Source of the DNA: Eubacteriales bacterium
Lineage (GTDB): Bacteria > Bacillota > Clostridia > Oscillospirales > CAG-382
Direction of reading: 5' to 3'
DNA: 64,000 nt
NCBI GenBank assembly: GCA_045541355.1
Contig: JAZQIW010000111.1
Location: 2,679 to 66,678 of the forward strand
The stretch's first letter is position 1, and each line of letters opens with the position of its first letter. Position numbers and translations under genes: made by a program. The notes below the pieces were generated by a model. The model searched no databases. It saw only the letters and a program-made list of their open reading frames with translations, and was not told where the DNA came from. Below, piece by piece: positions 49,694-58,643 of the stretch.

Positions 49694-50374
49694 TTATTCC
49701 TCTGCGCCGAGAGTTTCTTCGCCGTATGCCACAACAACTCTTCTGTCACTATCGGCACCGATTGAATATGTGTGAACACCCTTTATGTTCTGAATCTCGG
49801 AGTGAATTATTCTTCTTTCATAACCGCTCATGGGTTCAAGAGTATAATTTCTTCCGGAGGTCAAAACACGGTCAGCCATTCTGCGGGCAAGTGCTTTAAG
49901 AGTATCTGTCCTCTTTTTACGGTAATTCTCGATATCAAGAATAATTCTGACATATTCATGCTTTTCGTTGCTCTTGGGGAAACGGCCTGCAATAATGTTA
50001 CAAAGGTACTGAAGAGAATCAAGAACATCGCCATGTCGTCCGATTATCATACCAAGGCCCTTGCCCTCAATATCAATATGAATATCCTTTTCGAGTGTGC
50101 CGTTTTCACCGAGGTTTTCTTCAATCTTTACAACCTTTGATACAGCATCAACTCCCATATCGGAAATCAGCTTATTAAGGAACTCTACAATCTTATCCTG
50201 CACCGTAACCTTTGCAATAACCTTTACGGTTGCTTCGGATGAGAATATTCCGAGAAAGCCTTTTTTTGCTTCTTCCACAATTTCATAGGTGACCTCACTT
50301 GTAGGTCTGCCAAGCTGATTTGCGCCGAGTTTGACAGCATCTTCAACTGTCTTTGCGCTTACAATTACTTCCAT
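49694..50374 (-). CDS. jag: RNA-binding protein Jag/KhpB (Jag_N, KH, R3H)
   Basis: 226 aa from the ATG at 50374 (AAGGAG 6 nt upstream) with the R3H block MSGYERRIIHSEI. It lies downstream of yidC. Confidence 0.8.
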   Translation of the reverse strand: MEVIVSAKTVEDAVKLGANQLGRPTSEVTYEIVEEAKKGFLGIFSSEATVKVIAKVTVQDKIVEFLNKLISDMGVDAVSKVVKIEENLGENGTLEKDIHIDIEGKGLGMIIGRHGDVLDSLQYLCNIIAGRFPKSNEKHEYVRIILDIENYRKKRTDTLKALARRMADRVLTSGRNYTLEPMSGYERRIIHSEIQNIKGVHTYSIGADSDRRVVVAYGEETLGAEE

Positions 50375-50458
50375 TTCGTTCTCCTTTCCTGTAAATCGAA
50401 ACACATTAAATTTTATAAATAATCGGAAATGCCGCCCACTTTTGCAGGCGGCAAAGCC

Positions 50459-51607
50459 TTATATTTTTCTTCTTGCCTTAAGGGGGCGTCCTGTTTCCTT
50501 GATTTTTTCTTTAACCTTAGGACTTATGCCGCACTTTCTCGTCGACATCTTATTTTCATCCTTTTGTGCTTTTTTAACGGAACCCGACTTATCCGTTTCG
50601 ACCGTCTTATCATAGTCATCATAATAATCGTCGGAAAGAACGGGTGCCTTCTTACCCTTTGACTTTCCCTTAAGCTGAAGCTCAGCCTCCTTAATCTGCT
50701 CGTCGGTTACAACGGGCACCGGGAAAAGCTTATAGAGAAGAATCTGCTGTGCCGCAGAAAGAATATTCTGGAAAATCCAGTAAACAGCAATTGCCGAGGA
50801 TACGCTGAAGGAAATGGAAACCGAAAGAAGCGGCATCATCCAATCCATCATCGCAAGACCGGGAACCTGTTCGCCGTTTGCGGGCTGCGGCTGGTATGTG
50901 AACTTTCTTATTATCTTTGTGCTGAAGAAAGCAAACATAAAGGTAAGAATGGGTATAAGCAAATAGATATTGAACTTAAACGAGGGAGTAACCGTCAGGT
51001 CTACACCGAAAACTGTAAAGGAATGATGCAGCTCTGTAAGCTCATTTACCACATTATTCCACACAAATCCGCCGTCGGCAGCAGCTTCTGTAAACTTTTC
51101 ACCTATTTTTGCCGCAGTCTCGGGACTGTCAACAATCTTCTGAATCATGGAAATTTCAGCATACGCCGATGTTTGCTTTTCAACAACTGCGTTATATGCC
51201 TGTGTCAGAAGAGCAACTCCGTCTTTACCCAAAGATGAAATATAGGTAAGAGGCTTGATAATTACACCGTAAAGTGCATAGATAACGGGAAGCTGAATGA
51301 TAAGAGGCAGACATCCCGCCATGGGGTTTACGTTCTCCTCCTGATAGAGTTTCATTATTTCTTCGCTCATCTTCTGCTGGGTAGCCTGATCCTTACGTCC
51401 TGCATACTTCTTTCTTATTGCCATTTCCTTGGGACGAAGGCGTGCCTGCTTTACTGTATTCTTTTGCTGCTTAATGCCCAAAGGCAGAAGCAAAAGCTTT
51501 ACAAAAAGAGCAAAAAGGAACAGAGTCAAAAGATAATTCTGTCCGAAAGTATTATAAAGGAATTTGATAATAAATCCAAAGATAGGTGATATAACCGGAA
51601 TATTCAT
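50459..51607 (-). CDS. yidC: Membrane protein insertase YidC (SpoIIIJ/YidC2 type)
   Basis: 382 aa with five TM helices, the block MAGCLPLIIQLPVIYALY, and a long Lys-rich C-terminal tail. Confidence 0.88.
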   Translation of the reverse strand: MNIPVISPIFGFIIKFLYNTFGQNYLLTLFLFALFVKLLLLPLGIKQQKNTVKQARLRPKEMAIRKKYAGRKDQATQQKMSEEIMKLYQEENVNPMAGCLPLIIQLPVIYALYGVIIKPLTYISSLGKDGVALLTQAYNAVVEKQTSAYAEISMIQKIVDSPETAAKIGEKFTEAAADGGFVWNNVVNELTELHHSFTVFGVDLTVTPSFKFNIYLLIPILTFMFAFFSTKIIRKFTYQPQPANGEQVPGLAMMDWMMPLLSVSISFSVSSAIAVYWIFQNILSAAQQILLYKLFPVPVVTDEQIKEAELQLKGKSKGKKAPVLSDDYYDDYDKTVETDKSGSVKKAQKDENKMSTRKCGISPKVKEKIKETGRPLKARRKI

Positions 51608-51609
51608 TA

Positions 51610-51876
51610 CTAATCTCCATTCTCCGCACTGTTGGTTTTTGCCTTTTTACCGAAAACAATCTTCTCGGGCACATAATCAATTCCGCCCTTGCAGAACGGA
51701 TTACATCTAAGAAGCCGTTTTACCGAAAGATAGGTACCGCCGAAAAAGCCATGCTTATTATAGGCTTCGAGTGCGTAGCATGAGCATGAGGGATAAAACC
51801 TGCAGGATGGCTTTCTTTTTAAAGGTGAAACATACTTTCTGTACAGTTCAATAAGAAAAATACAAATCTTCTTCAC
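51610..51876 (-). CDS. yidD: Membrane protein insertion efficiency factor YidD
   Basis: 88 aa with the conserved SCRFYPSCSCYALEA motif. Confidence 0.85.
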   Translation of the reverse strand: MKKICIFLIELYRKYVSPLKRKPSCRFYPSCSCYALEAYNKHGFFGGTYLSVKRLLRCNPFCKGGIDYVPEKIVFGKKAKTNSAENGD

Positions 51877-52241
51877 TTTACTGCAACCTCTAACTTTTCA
51901 AGGGTTGTTTTAAGCTGCTTTTCAATATCGGTGCTCTTGACCGACTTTGAAAAAGCGGCAGCTCTTGCGGCAATTACAATAATATATCCGTCGCAAAGAG
52001 TTGGAAGAACAGCTCTGTACGCCTCTCTGATAATCCGCTTAACCCTGCTTCTTTTACATGCCTTGCCAAGCTTTGCATTTACAGCAATACCAAGTCTTGT
52101 CCGGACAGCACTGCCATCCGGATTTTTGCGATAGTTCTTTAAAACATATACCGCAGTATATTTATTTACGCCGCTTTTGCCCTTTCTATATGCCTTAAGA
52201 AACATATGATTCTCGCAAAGCGGATACAATTTTCTGTTCAT
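51873..52241 (-). CDS. rnpA: Ribonuclease P protein component
   Basis: 122 aa from the ATG at 52241 (GGGGAG RBS). It is basic and carries the RLGIAVNAKLGKACKRSRVKRIIRE block. It lies downstream of rpmH. Confidence 0.85.
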   Translation of the reverse strand: MNRKLYPLCENHMFLKAYRKGKSGVNKYTAVYVLKNYRKNPDGSAVRTRLGIAVNAKLGKACKRSRVKRIIREAYRAVLPTLCDGYIIVIAARAAAFSKSVKSTDIEKQLKTTLEKLEVAVK

Positions 52242-52333
52242 ATACTCACTCCCCGAGTCAAACGTAAAAAAGGTGAAGTCCATGCACAAGACGTACATAA
52301 ATGAACCTCACCCTTTATAGTTTTTGACTGCAA

Positions 52334-52468
52334 TTAGTATGTGAGTCTTGCTCTGCCCTTAGCGCGTCTTCTCTTTAATACCTTTCTGCCGTTAGCAGTT
52401 TTCATACGCTTTCTGAAGCCGTGCTCAACTTTTCTCTGGCGTTTCTTAGGCTGATATGTTCTTACCAC
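52334..52468 (-). CDS. rpmH: 50S ribosomal protein L34
   Basis: Not in the ORF track (GTG start, 44 aa). It translates to [44 protein letters not shown]. An AGAGAGG RBS lies about 10 nt upstream. Confidence 0.88.
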   Translation of the reverse strand: MVRTYQPKKRQRKVEHGFRKRMKTANGRKVLKRRRAKGRARLTY

Positions 52469-52544
52469 TGTGATTGCACCTCTCTTTCACCGCATCGAAA
52501 CATATATATACATTTCAAAGCATACCTTTACAAATTACTCGTAT

Positions 52545-52574
52545 ATTATACAACAAAGCATCTTCGTTTGTCAA
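52545..52574 (-). promoter_or_regulatory. Sigma-A-type promoter for rpmH-rnpA
   Basis: On the minus strand: TTGACA, 18-nt spacer, TATAAT. Confidence 0.6.
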
Positions 52575-52624
52575 GACTTTTCTTCGTCAAATCCTGCCAA
52601 AATTATAAATTTTTTGTTAAGTCT

Positions 52625-53605
52625 TTAAACAACACCTATACTTCTTAGAACAAAGCTGAAAGCAAATATGGTGAACATACTGCAAAGCGTGGACAACAGC
52701 ACGATCTGATTTGCAAGCGGTGCATCGGCGTGCATATTTTTAGCCATTATATAGCTGCTTATTGCCGTAGGAGTTCCGAACACTATCATTATTATTCCGA
52801 GATGCACTCCCGAAAGTCCGACTGCAAAATATGCCAAAAGCATACACACAATCGGCAAAATGACCGTCTTTATCGCGGTACAGCAGGCAGCAATACCTAT
52901 TCTTCCGCGAAGCTTTGAAAAATCAAAGGTCGCACCTATTGTGATGAGTGCAAGGGTTGTTGAAGCCTTTGAAAAATACTGGAGTGAGCTCGTCACAAAA
53001 TCGGGAATACACTCCCCTATTCCGAATATTCCAAAGGGAAGTGCTATCAAAATGGAAATTACAAGTGGATTCTTGACAATTCCCATTACAATCTGCAAAA
53101 TTCTCTTTCCAAACGACATTGTTTCAGACTCTTTTTCGGGATTGAAAATACACAGAACTGCAACTGCAAGCACATTATATACAGGCACTATAACTGCAAG
53201 GATAATTGATGCAAGGCGTCCCCCCTCGTCACCAAACAGACTTATTGCAAAGGGAATGCCGAGAAATGCAACATTAGATCTGAAAACACCCTGCACAAAT
53301 GCGCCCGTCTTGCCTTTATCTTTAATAAACAAAGGTGTAACAATGCACATAAATATCGTGAAAACAACTGCCGCGGCAACGCAAAACGCTATAAGCGTAA
53401 GATCAGACTTTGATATGCTTGTCATATCAATATACGCGACATTTGTAAACAAAAGACAAGGCAGCAGAACTCTGAAAACAAGCTTATCGCTGACAGAGAC
53501 AAATTCATCCGTCAGAAACCCTGTCTTTCTCAGTAAATACCCCATTGCCGCAACAACAAATATAGGCATTACGGCACTGAATGCATATAGAAAATCCGCA
53601 AGCAT
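52625..53605 (-). CDS. AEC-family (auxin efflux carrier-like) transporter
   Basis: 326 aa with about 10 TM helices in a two-halves arrangement. Its start shares one nucleotide with the CapA-like stop. Confidence 0.7.
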   Translation of the reverse strand: MLADFLYAFSAVMPIFVVAAMGYLLRKTGFLTDEFVSVSDKLVFRVLLPCLLFTNVAYIDMTSISKSDLTLIAFCVAAAVVFTIFMCIVTPLFIKDKGKTGAFVQGVFRSNVAFLGIPFAISLFGDEGGRLASIILAVIVPVYNVLAVAVLCIFNPEKESETMSFGKRILQIVMGIVKNPLVISILIALPFGIFGIGECIPDFVTSSLQYFSKASTTLALITIGATFDFSKLRGRIGIAACCTAIKTVILPIVCMLLAYFAVGLSGVHLGIIMIVFGTPTAISSYIMAKNMHADAPLANQIVLLSTLCSMFTIFAFSFVLRSIGVV

Positions 53606-54921
53606 TATTCCTTTTCCTCTCTATAAAAGTCCTCAATCAAAAATTCGTCGGGGATAGTATCTTCAACAATGCCGTAAAGATAATCCATACTTCTTCTTAC
53701 ATCTGTGCCCCTTACCTGTGTACCGTGATTTCTCAGCATTTCCTCGGTATAATCCGACAGCTTATGAATCTTGAACTTTCTGACTCCGCTGTTAAAATGA
53801 CACACCGTAGGAATGAAGTAAGGGCTTTGAATGAAGGCATCGTCACCAATTTTAACAATATCAAAGCCTGCAATACCGCCGACCATGTTTCTCATATATT
53901 CCATACCCGAAAGAATATTGCTAAGAGAATATATCACCAGCGTTTTACCTCCATCGGGTCTATCCTTCCAAAGCATGGGCTGAAGCACATGAGAATGGCT
54001 TCCGAGTATCACATCAACACCGTTATCCACCATTATCTGCATCTGTTTTTCCTGAAGCCACGAAGGCTCAAACCAATGCTCATTACCCCAATGAATTGAT
54101 ACTATAACGATATCTGCAAGCTCTCTTGCCTTTTTCGTCTGTCTGTCGATTTCATCATTTGACGACTCATCACAAAGGGGTATAACCATTTCGCTTCCCT
54201 TATTCAGCGGTATACCGTTTGTTCCGTAGGTATATGCAAGAAATGCTATGCTGATGCCGTTTTTTTCAACAACTCTTATGTTTTCATAGTCCTCTTTATT
54301 GAGAAATCCGCCTATATAGGTAACATCCTCCTGTGCCTGCCAGAACTCTATTGTTCTTTTATACCCTGCATCTCTTCTGTCAAGCATATGATTATTGGCA
54401 AGATTTATCACATTAAAGCCAAGCTCCATAAGATCATATCCAACAGTATCGGGAGAATTAAACATCGGATATCCCGAATATCCGCCGTTTTCCTTACCTG
54501 CAAAAGGCGACTCCTGATTAATATACGCAAGGTCTGCCTGCTTGATAATGGGAGCTATGTTTTCAAACATCGGAAGAAAATCATAGTCCTTATCGCTGCC
54601 CGAAGCATTATTTGCCGCATCCGAATAAACGGAAGAGTGGATAATATTATCCCCCACCGCAGCAAAAGAAACGGTATTAATATTGGGCTTTTGTGTTTCA
54701 CCGCCATTGGATGACGAAGCGACCGAAGAAACGGTGAGAGTCGAAAGCTTATCGTCAGACTCTTTTACAGGCGGCTTTTTTTCTATTTCATCAATGGTAT
54801 TTTCATTATCAATCTTATCAACAGAGGGCACTGTATTATCCGGCAAAAGCGATACAACAACCACTGCAGATATCAGCACAAAAAATGCAATAAGAATGGG
54901 CAGAAGATATTTAGTTTTCAT
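53605..54921 (-). CDS. CapA-family metallophosphatase-like protein
   Basis: 438 aa with an N-terminal TM anchor, then FAAVGDNIIH.., INLANNHMLDR and VSIHWGNEH blocks typical of PGA_cap/CapA. Confidence 0.7.
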   Translation of the reverse strand: MKTKYLLPILIAFFVLISAVVVVSLLPDNTVPSVDKIDNENTIDEIEKKPPVKESDDKLSTLTVSSVASSSNGGETQKPNINTVSFAAVGDNIIHSSVYSDAANNASGSDKDYDFLPMFENIAPIIKQADLAYINQESPFAGKENGGYSGYPMFNSPDTVGYDLMELGFNVINLANNHMLDRRDAGYKRTIEFWQAQEDVTYIGGFLNKEDYENIRVVEKNGISIAFLAYTYGTNGIPLNKGSEMVIPLCDESSNDEIDRQTKKARELADIVIVSIHWGNEHWFEPSWLQEKQMQIMVDNGVDVILGSHSHVLQPMLWKDRPDGGKTLVIYSLSNILSGMEYMRNMVGGIAGFDIVKIGDDAFIQSPYFIPTVCHFNSGVRKFKIHKLSDYTEEMLRNHGTQVRGTDVRRSMDYLYGIVEDTIPDEFLIEDFYREEKE

Positions 54922-55526
54922 TGGTTTTCTCTCCTTTCGGGATGCAGTTTGTACAAATTTGCTTTTTCGCCTTTAACAAGATAAACGCTTCCTTTTGCAA
55001 GCTTCATAAGCGGCAAATCGTTCATGGAATCAGTATAAAAATCGTCAATGGTCTTATCGGCAAAAAACTCTCGGAAAAGCTTTTCCTTATTTTTTCTGAA
55101 GCACAGGCGCAAAATCTTACCCGATGTCAAATCCACCTCAGAGCACAAAAGATTATTTATTCCCATCTGTTCAATCACCGGTCGGAGCAAGAAACCAAAG
55201 GAGGCTGACACGACTGCATCATCATCCTTTTTCACTTCACCGTAAAACCTGCGCAGCTTCTTTGAGTTTTTCTGCCAGAAAAGCTCTACAAGCTCATTTG
55301 CATCGGGACAGTCGAAAAGAAAGTCCATAACGTATTTTTCGCAAAGGCTCATCAGCTTTTCTTCGCTTACAAGACAAAGCTTATATTTTACAAGCGTAAA
55401 CACAACAATAAATATGAAACGGCACAGTCTCGGATGTTTTTTTACGCAAAACAGGTAAAAATCAAGCGTACTCTCACCATCATACAATGTATTGTCAAAA
55501 TCATATACGTTTATTTTATCCACCAC
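54918..55526 (-). CDS. HAD-superfamily hydrolase
   Basis: 202 aa with motif I VYDFDNTLYDG (DxDxT). Its stop overlaps the CapA-like start by 4 nt. Confidence 0.6.
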   Translation of the reverse strand: MVDKINVYDFDNTLYDGESTLDFYLFCVKKHPRLCRFIFIVVFTLVKYKLCLVSEEKLMSLCEKYVMDFLFDCPDANELVELFWQKNSKKLRRFYGEVKKDDDAVVSASFGFLLRPVIEQMGINNLLCSEVDLTSGKILRLCFRKNKEKLFREFFADKTIDDFYTDSMNDLPLMKLAKGSVYLVKGEKANLYKLHPERRENQ

Positions 55527-55615
55527 CGTTCTGCAAACAGTTTATCACAATTAATCAAGTTTGGCAACAGCAAAAGAAAGATTTATGGGCTTAAACGGGA
55601 TTTTTTTCAAAACTA

Positions 55616-55644
55616 TTGACATTTTTTCACAATTATAATATAAT
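55616..55644 (+). promoter_or_regulatory. Consensus sigma-A promoter of the oadB leader
   Basis: TTGACA, 17-nt spacer, TATAAT, about 215 nt upstream of the oadB ATG. Confidence 0.65.
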
Positions 55645-55762
55645 CCTATTGGTGCAGGCAAACCGGCAATACAAAAGTATAAAGGGAGTAGCTACCGAGC
55701 AACTGCTCGGAGTGTATGCGTCAATACGACACATCTGTGTCCGCATAAACTTTCAACAGCAA

Positions 55763-55808
55763 GACTTTTACTTAAAGCATGAGCTTTTTGTAAGGGTTTT
55801 ATTTTTTT
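55763..55808 (+). terminator. Intrinsic terminator inside the oadB 5' leader (attenuator)
   Basis: GACUUUUAC-UU-AAAGC-AUGA-GCUUU-UU-GUAAGGGU followed by UUUAUUUUUUU. It ends about 50 nt before the oadB ATG. Confidence 0.65.
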
Positions 55809-55858
55809 ATTGACGGTTTTCGGCATAATCACAAATAATCAAAAGGAGAAATCTAAAC

Positions 55859-56983
55859 ATGAGTATCTTTGCAGATTTATTCAGCAATGTCGGAAACCTT
55901 ACATGGCAGCACATTGTTATGTGGGCAATCGGCGGCATTCTCATTTATCTCGCCATTAAAAAAGACATGGAGCCTACCCTTCTTCTCCCCATGGGCTTCG
56001 GTACAATCCTTGTCAACATCCCCTTATCGGGTGCTATTGGTGCAGAAGGAGCAATCACCACCCTTTTCAACGCAGGTATTGCAAATGAGCTTTTCCCGCT
56101 TATTCTCTTTATCGGTATCGGTGCCATGATTGACTTCGGTCCCGTTCTTTCAAACCCCAAGCTTATGATTTTCGGTGCAGCGGCACAGTTCGGTATCTTC
56201 TTTACCTTCTGCCTTGCATCAATGTTCTTTACAACACCCGAAGCTGCCTCTATCGGTATTATCGGTGCGGCAGACGGCCCTACGGCTATCGTTGTTGCAA
56301 ACCAGCTTCTCGGTCCTGACAGTGCGATTACAGGCGCTATAATGGTTGCGGCATATTCCTATATGGCTCTTGTTCCCATCATTCAGCCTCCGGTAATCAA
56401 GCTTCTCACCACAAAGAAGGAACGTATGATAAGAATGGACAACTCGACAGTTGCGGTTTCCAAGCTTACAAAGATTCTCTTCCCCATCATTGTAACAATT
56501 GTTGCCGGTGTTATTGCACCAAGCTCAGTTTCACTTATCGGTTTCCTAATGTTCGGTAACCTTATCCGTGAGTGCGGCGTTCTTGATTCTCTTTCCGAAA
56601 CAGCACAGAAGGTTCTTGCAAACCTTGTTACTATTTTCCTTGGTATTACAATTGCCAATCAGATGGTTGCAGAAAAGTTCCTCCAGCCCTCTACCCTTCT
56701 TATTCTCGGACTCGGTCTTTTCGCATTCATTTTCGACACGGCAGGCGGCGTAATCTTTGCAAAGGTCCTCAACCTCTTCCTCAAAAAGAAGATGAACCCC
56801 ATGATTGGTGCGGCAGGTATTTCGGCATTCCCCATGTCAGGAAGAGTTGTTCACAAGCTCGGTCTTGAGGCAGACAACCAGAACTTCCTTCTAATGCACT
56901 CTATCGGTGTTAACGTATCGGGACAGATTGCTTCGGTTATCGCAGGCGGTCTTATCCTTAAATTCATATTACCCTTGGTTTAA
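55859..56983 (+). CDS. oadB: Sodium ion-translocating decarboxylase beta subunit
   Basis: 374-aa polytopic protein with blocks IGIIGAADGPTAI, YSYMALVPIIQPP and NPMIGAAGISAFPMSGR typical of the OadB/GcdB/MmdB family. An AAAGGAG RBS is present. Confidence 0.88.
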   Translation: MSIFADLFSNVGNLTWQHIVMWAIGGILIYLAIKKDMEPTLLLPMGFGTILVNIPLSGAIGAEGAITTLFNAGIANELFPLILFIGIGAMIDFGPVLSNPKLMIFGAAAQFGIFFTFCLASMFFTTPEAASIGIIGAADGPTAIVVANQLLGPDSAITGAIMVAAYSYMALVPIIQPPVIKLLTTKKERMIRMDNSTVAVSKLTKILFPIIVTIVAGVIAPSSVSLIGFLMFGNLIRECGVLDSLSETAQKVLANLVTIFLGITIANQMVAEKFLQPSTLLILGLGLFAFIFDTAGGVIFAKVLNLFLKKKMNPMIGAAGISAFPMSGRVVHKLGLEADNQNFLLMHSIGVNVSGQIASVIAGGLILKFILPLV

Positions 56984-57006
56984 GGGCTGAAAGGAGAATA
57001 TATATT

Positions 57007-57153
57007 ATGAACATCAATTTTCATCCCATGGGTTTCGTTGACAACCTTGTTTATATGGGCAAGGGTATGCTCGGTATTTTTATTGTTATTGCTATTATTA
57101 TCATTGCGGTTTATCTTCTTGCAAAAATTGGCAACAAAAACGACGAGGAATAA
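57007..57153 (+). CDS. OadG-like small membrane subunit (48 aa)
   Basis: Not in the ORF track. The ATG at 57007 follows GAAAGGAGAA. It translates to MNINFHPMGFVDNLVYMGKGMLGIFIVIAIIIIAVYLLAKIGNKNDEE, with the MGxGM-hydrophobic helix pattern of decarboxylase gamma chains. Confidence 0.55.
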   Translation: MNINFHPMGFVDNLVYMGKGMLGIFIVIAIIIIAVYLLAKIGNKNDEE

Positions 57154-57172
57154 AAACTTTCATATAAATGAT

Positions 57173-57203
57173 AAGGCACAGCCGTTTGGCTGTGCCTTTT
57201 GTT
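57173..57203 (+). terminator. Intrinsic terminator after the oadB unit
   Basis: AAGGCACAGCC-GTTT-GGCTGTGCCTT followed by TTGTTATT. Confidence 0.75.
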
Positions 57204-57217
57204 ATTCAGTTTTAGTT

Positions 57218-58561
57218 TTATTTAAGCAACGCTTCAAGCTCTTTTCTTCTATCGTCGTTTTCTTTTCCGGGTTTTCCGAGAAGTGCAAACATATTCTTCT
57301 TATACGCTTCAACACCGGGCTGGTTAAAGGGATTTACACCGAGAATATAGCCTGATGCCGCACAGGCAAGCTCAAAGAAATATACAAGATATCCGTAGTC
57401 AAATTCATCTCTTGAAGGAACCTCAAGCACGATATTGGGAACTCCTCCATCGGTGTGTGCAATTACGGTAGCAAGGTATGCCTTCTTATTAGCCTCGTCA
57501 AGCTCATGTCCCGAAAGGAAGTTGAGGTTATCAATATTCTGAGGATCATTTGGAATAATTACGCTTGCGTTCTGTTTATCAATATTGATTACCGTTTCAA
57601 AAATATTGCGCTTGCCTTCCTGAACTATCTGTCCGAGAGAATGAAGGTCAGTAGAATATATAACGGATGCCGGGAAAATGCCCTTGCCGTCTTTTCCTTC
57701 GCTTTCACCAAAGAGCTGCTTCCACCATTCATTCATATACTGATAAGCAGGCTCATAGCAAGCCATAATTTCAAGAGCCTTACCCTTATTATAGAGCACA
57801 TTTCTGATTACGGCATACTTATACGCGTCATTCTTGTCAATATCGCATGCGGAAAGCTCATCGTAAGCCGCCCTTGCACCCTGCATAATCTTGTCTATAT
57901 CGCATCCCGCAACGGCAATGGGAAGAAGTCCGCAGGCTGTAAGAACAGAGTATCTTCCGCCCACATCATCAGGAATAACAAATGTCTCATATCCCATATC
58001 GTCGGAAAACTCTTTAAGTGTTCCTCTTGCCTTATCGGTTGTTGCAAAGATTCTTTCCTTTGCGCCGTCTTTTCCGTACTTTTCTTCAAGCATACCGCGG
58101 AAAATTCTGAATGCAACAGCAGGCTCTGTTGTTGTGCCTGATTTTGAAATGACATTTACACAGATATCCTTACCCTCGCAAAGAGCAATGGTCTCGGAAA
58201 GTGCAGAGGGACTTATGGAATTGCCGATAAAGTAAATCTCAGGTGTTTTTTTCTTTAAAAGATTATAATTTGGGCTCTTGATATACTCAATTGCCGCACG
58301 TGCTCCGAGATAAGAGCCGCCGATACCGATTACAATCAAAACATCGCAGGTGTCCTGAATCTTTTTTGCCGCCTTTTTTATACGTTCAAACTCGTCTTTA
58401 TCATAATCAACGGGAAGAGTCTGCCAACCGAGGAAATCATTTCCCTCTCCTGTTTTATTCACAATCTTATCGTGAGCCTCTTCAAGCTTTGGAAGAAGTG
58501 CGTTCATTTCTTCTCTTGAAACAAAGCCCTTTAAGAACTTTTCATTACACTTAATTGCCAT
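57218..58561 (-). CDS. pgi: Glucose-6-phosphate isomerase
   Basis: 447 aa from the ATG at 58561 (GGAGG 8 nt upstream) with blocks [13 protein letters not shown] and [14 protein letters not shown]. Confidence 0.92.
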   Translation of the reverse strand: MAIKCNEKFLKGFVSREEMNALLPKLEEAHDKIVNKTGEGNDFLGWQTLPVDYDKDEFERIKKAAKKIQDTCDVLIVIGIGGSYLGARAAIEYIKSPNYNLLKKKTPEIYFIGNSISPSALSETIALCEGKDICVNVISKSGTTTEPAVAFRIFRGMLEEKYGKDGAKERIFATTDKARGTLKEFSDDMGYETFVIPDDVGGRYSVLTACGLLPIAVAGCDIDKIMQGARAAYDELSACDIDKNDAYKYAVIRNVLYNKGKALEIMACYEPAYQYMNEWWKQLFGESEGKDGKGIFPASVIYSTDLHSLGQIVQEGKRNIFETVINIDKQNASVIIPNDPQNIDNLNFLSGHELDEANKKAYLATVIAHTDGGVPNIVLEVPSRDEFDYGYLVYFFELACAASGYILGVNPFNQPGVEAYKKNMFALLGKPGKENDDRRKELEALLK

Positions 58562-58643
58562 TAAATTATCCTCCAATGTCATTTTTTATACTAATTATAT
58601 ACCTGTTTTTCAACAAATGCAATAATTAATTTTACTTTCTTTT

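Noticed and set aside
52469-52624. Possible oriC next to rpmH
   Set aside because: - There is no cluster of TTATCCACA/TGTGGATAA boxes.
- The only near-match in the area (TTATCCACC at 55516-55524) lies inside the HAD coding sequence.
- No dnaA gene is present.
52860-53657. 265-aa plus-strand ORF inside the AEC transporter gene
   Set aside because: It is antisense to a coherent 10-TM transporter. It is a shadow ORF.
57455-58141. 228-aa plus-strand ORF inside pgi
   Set aside because: It is antisense to glucose-6-phosphate isomerase. It is a shadow ORF.
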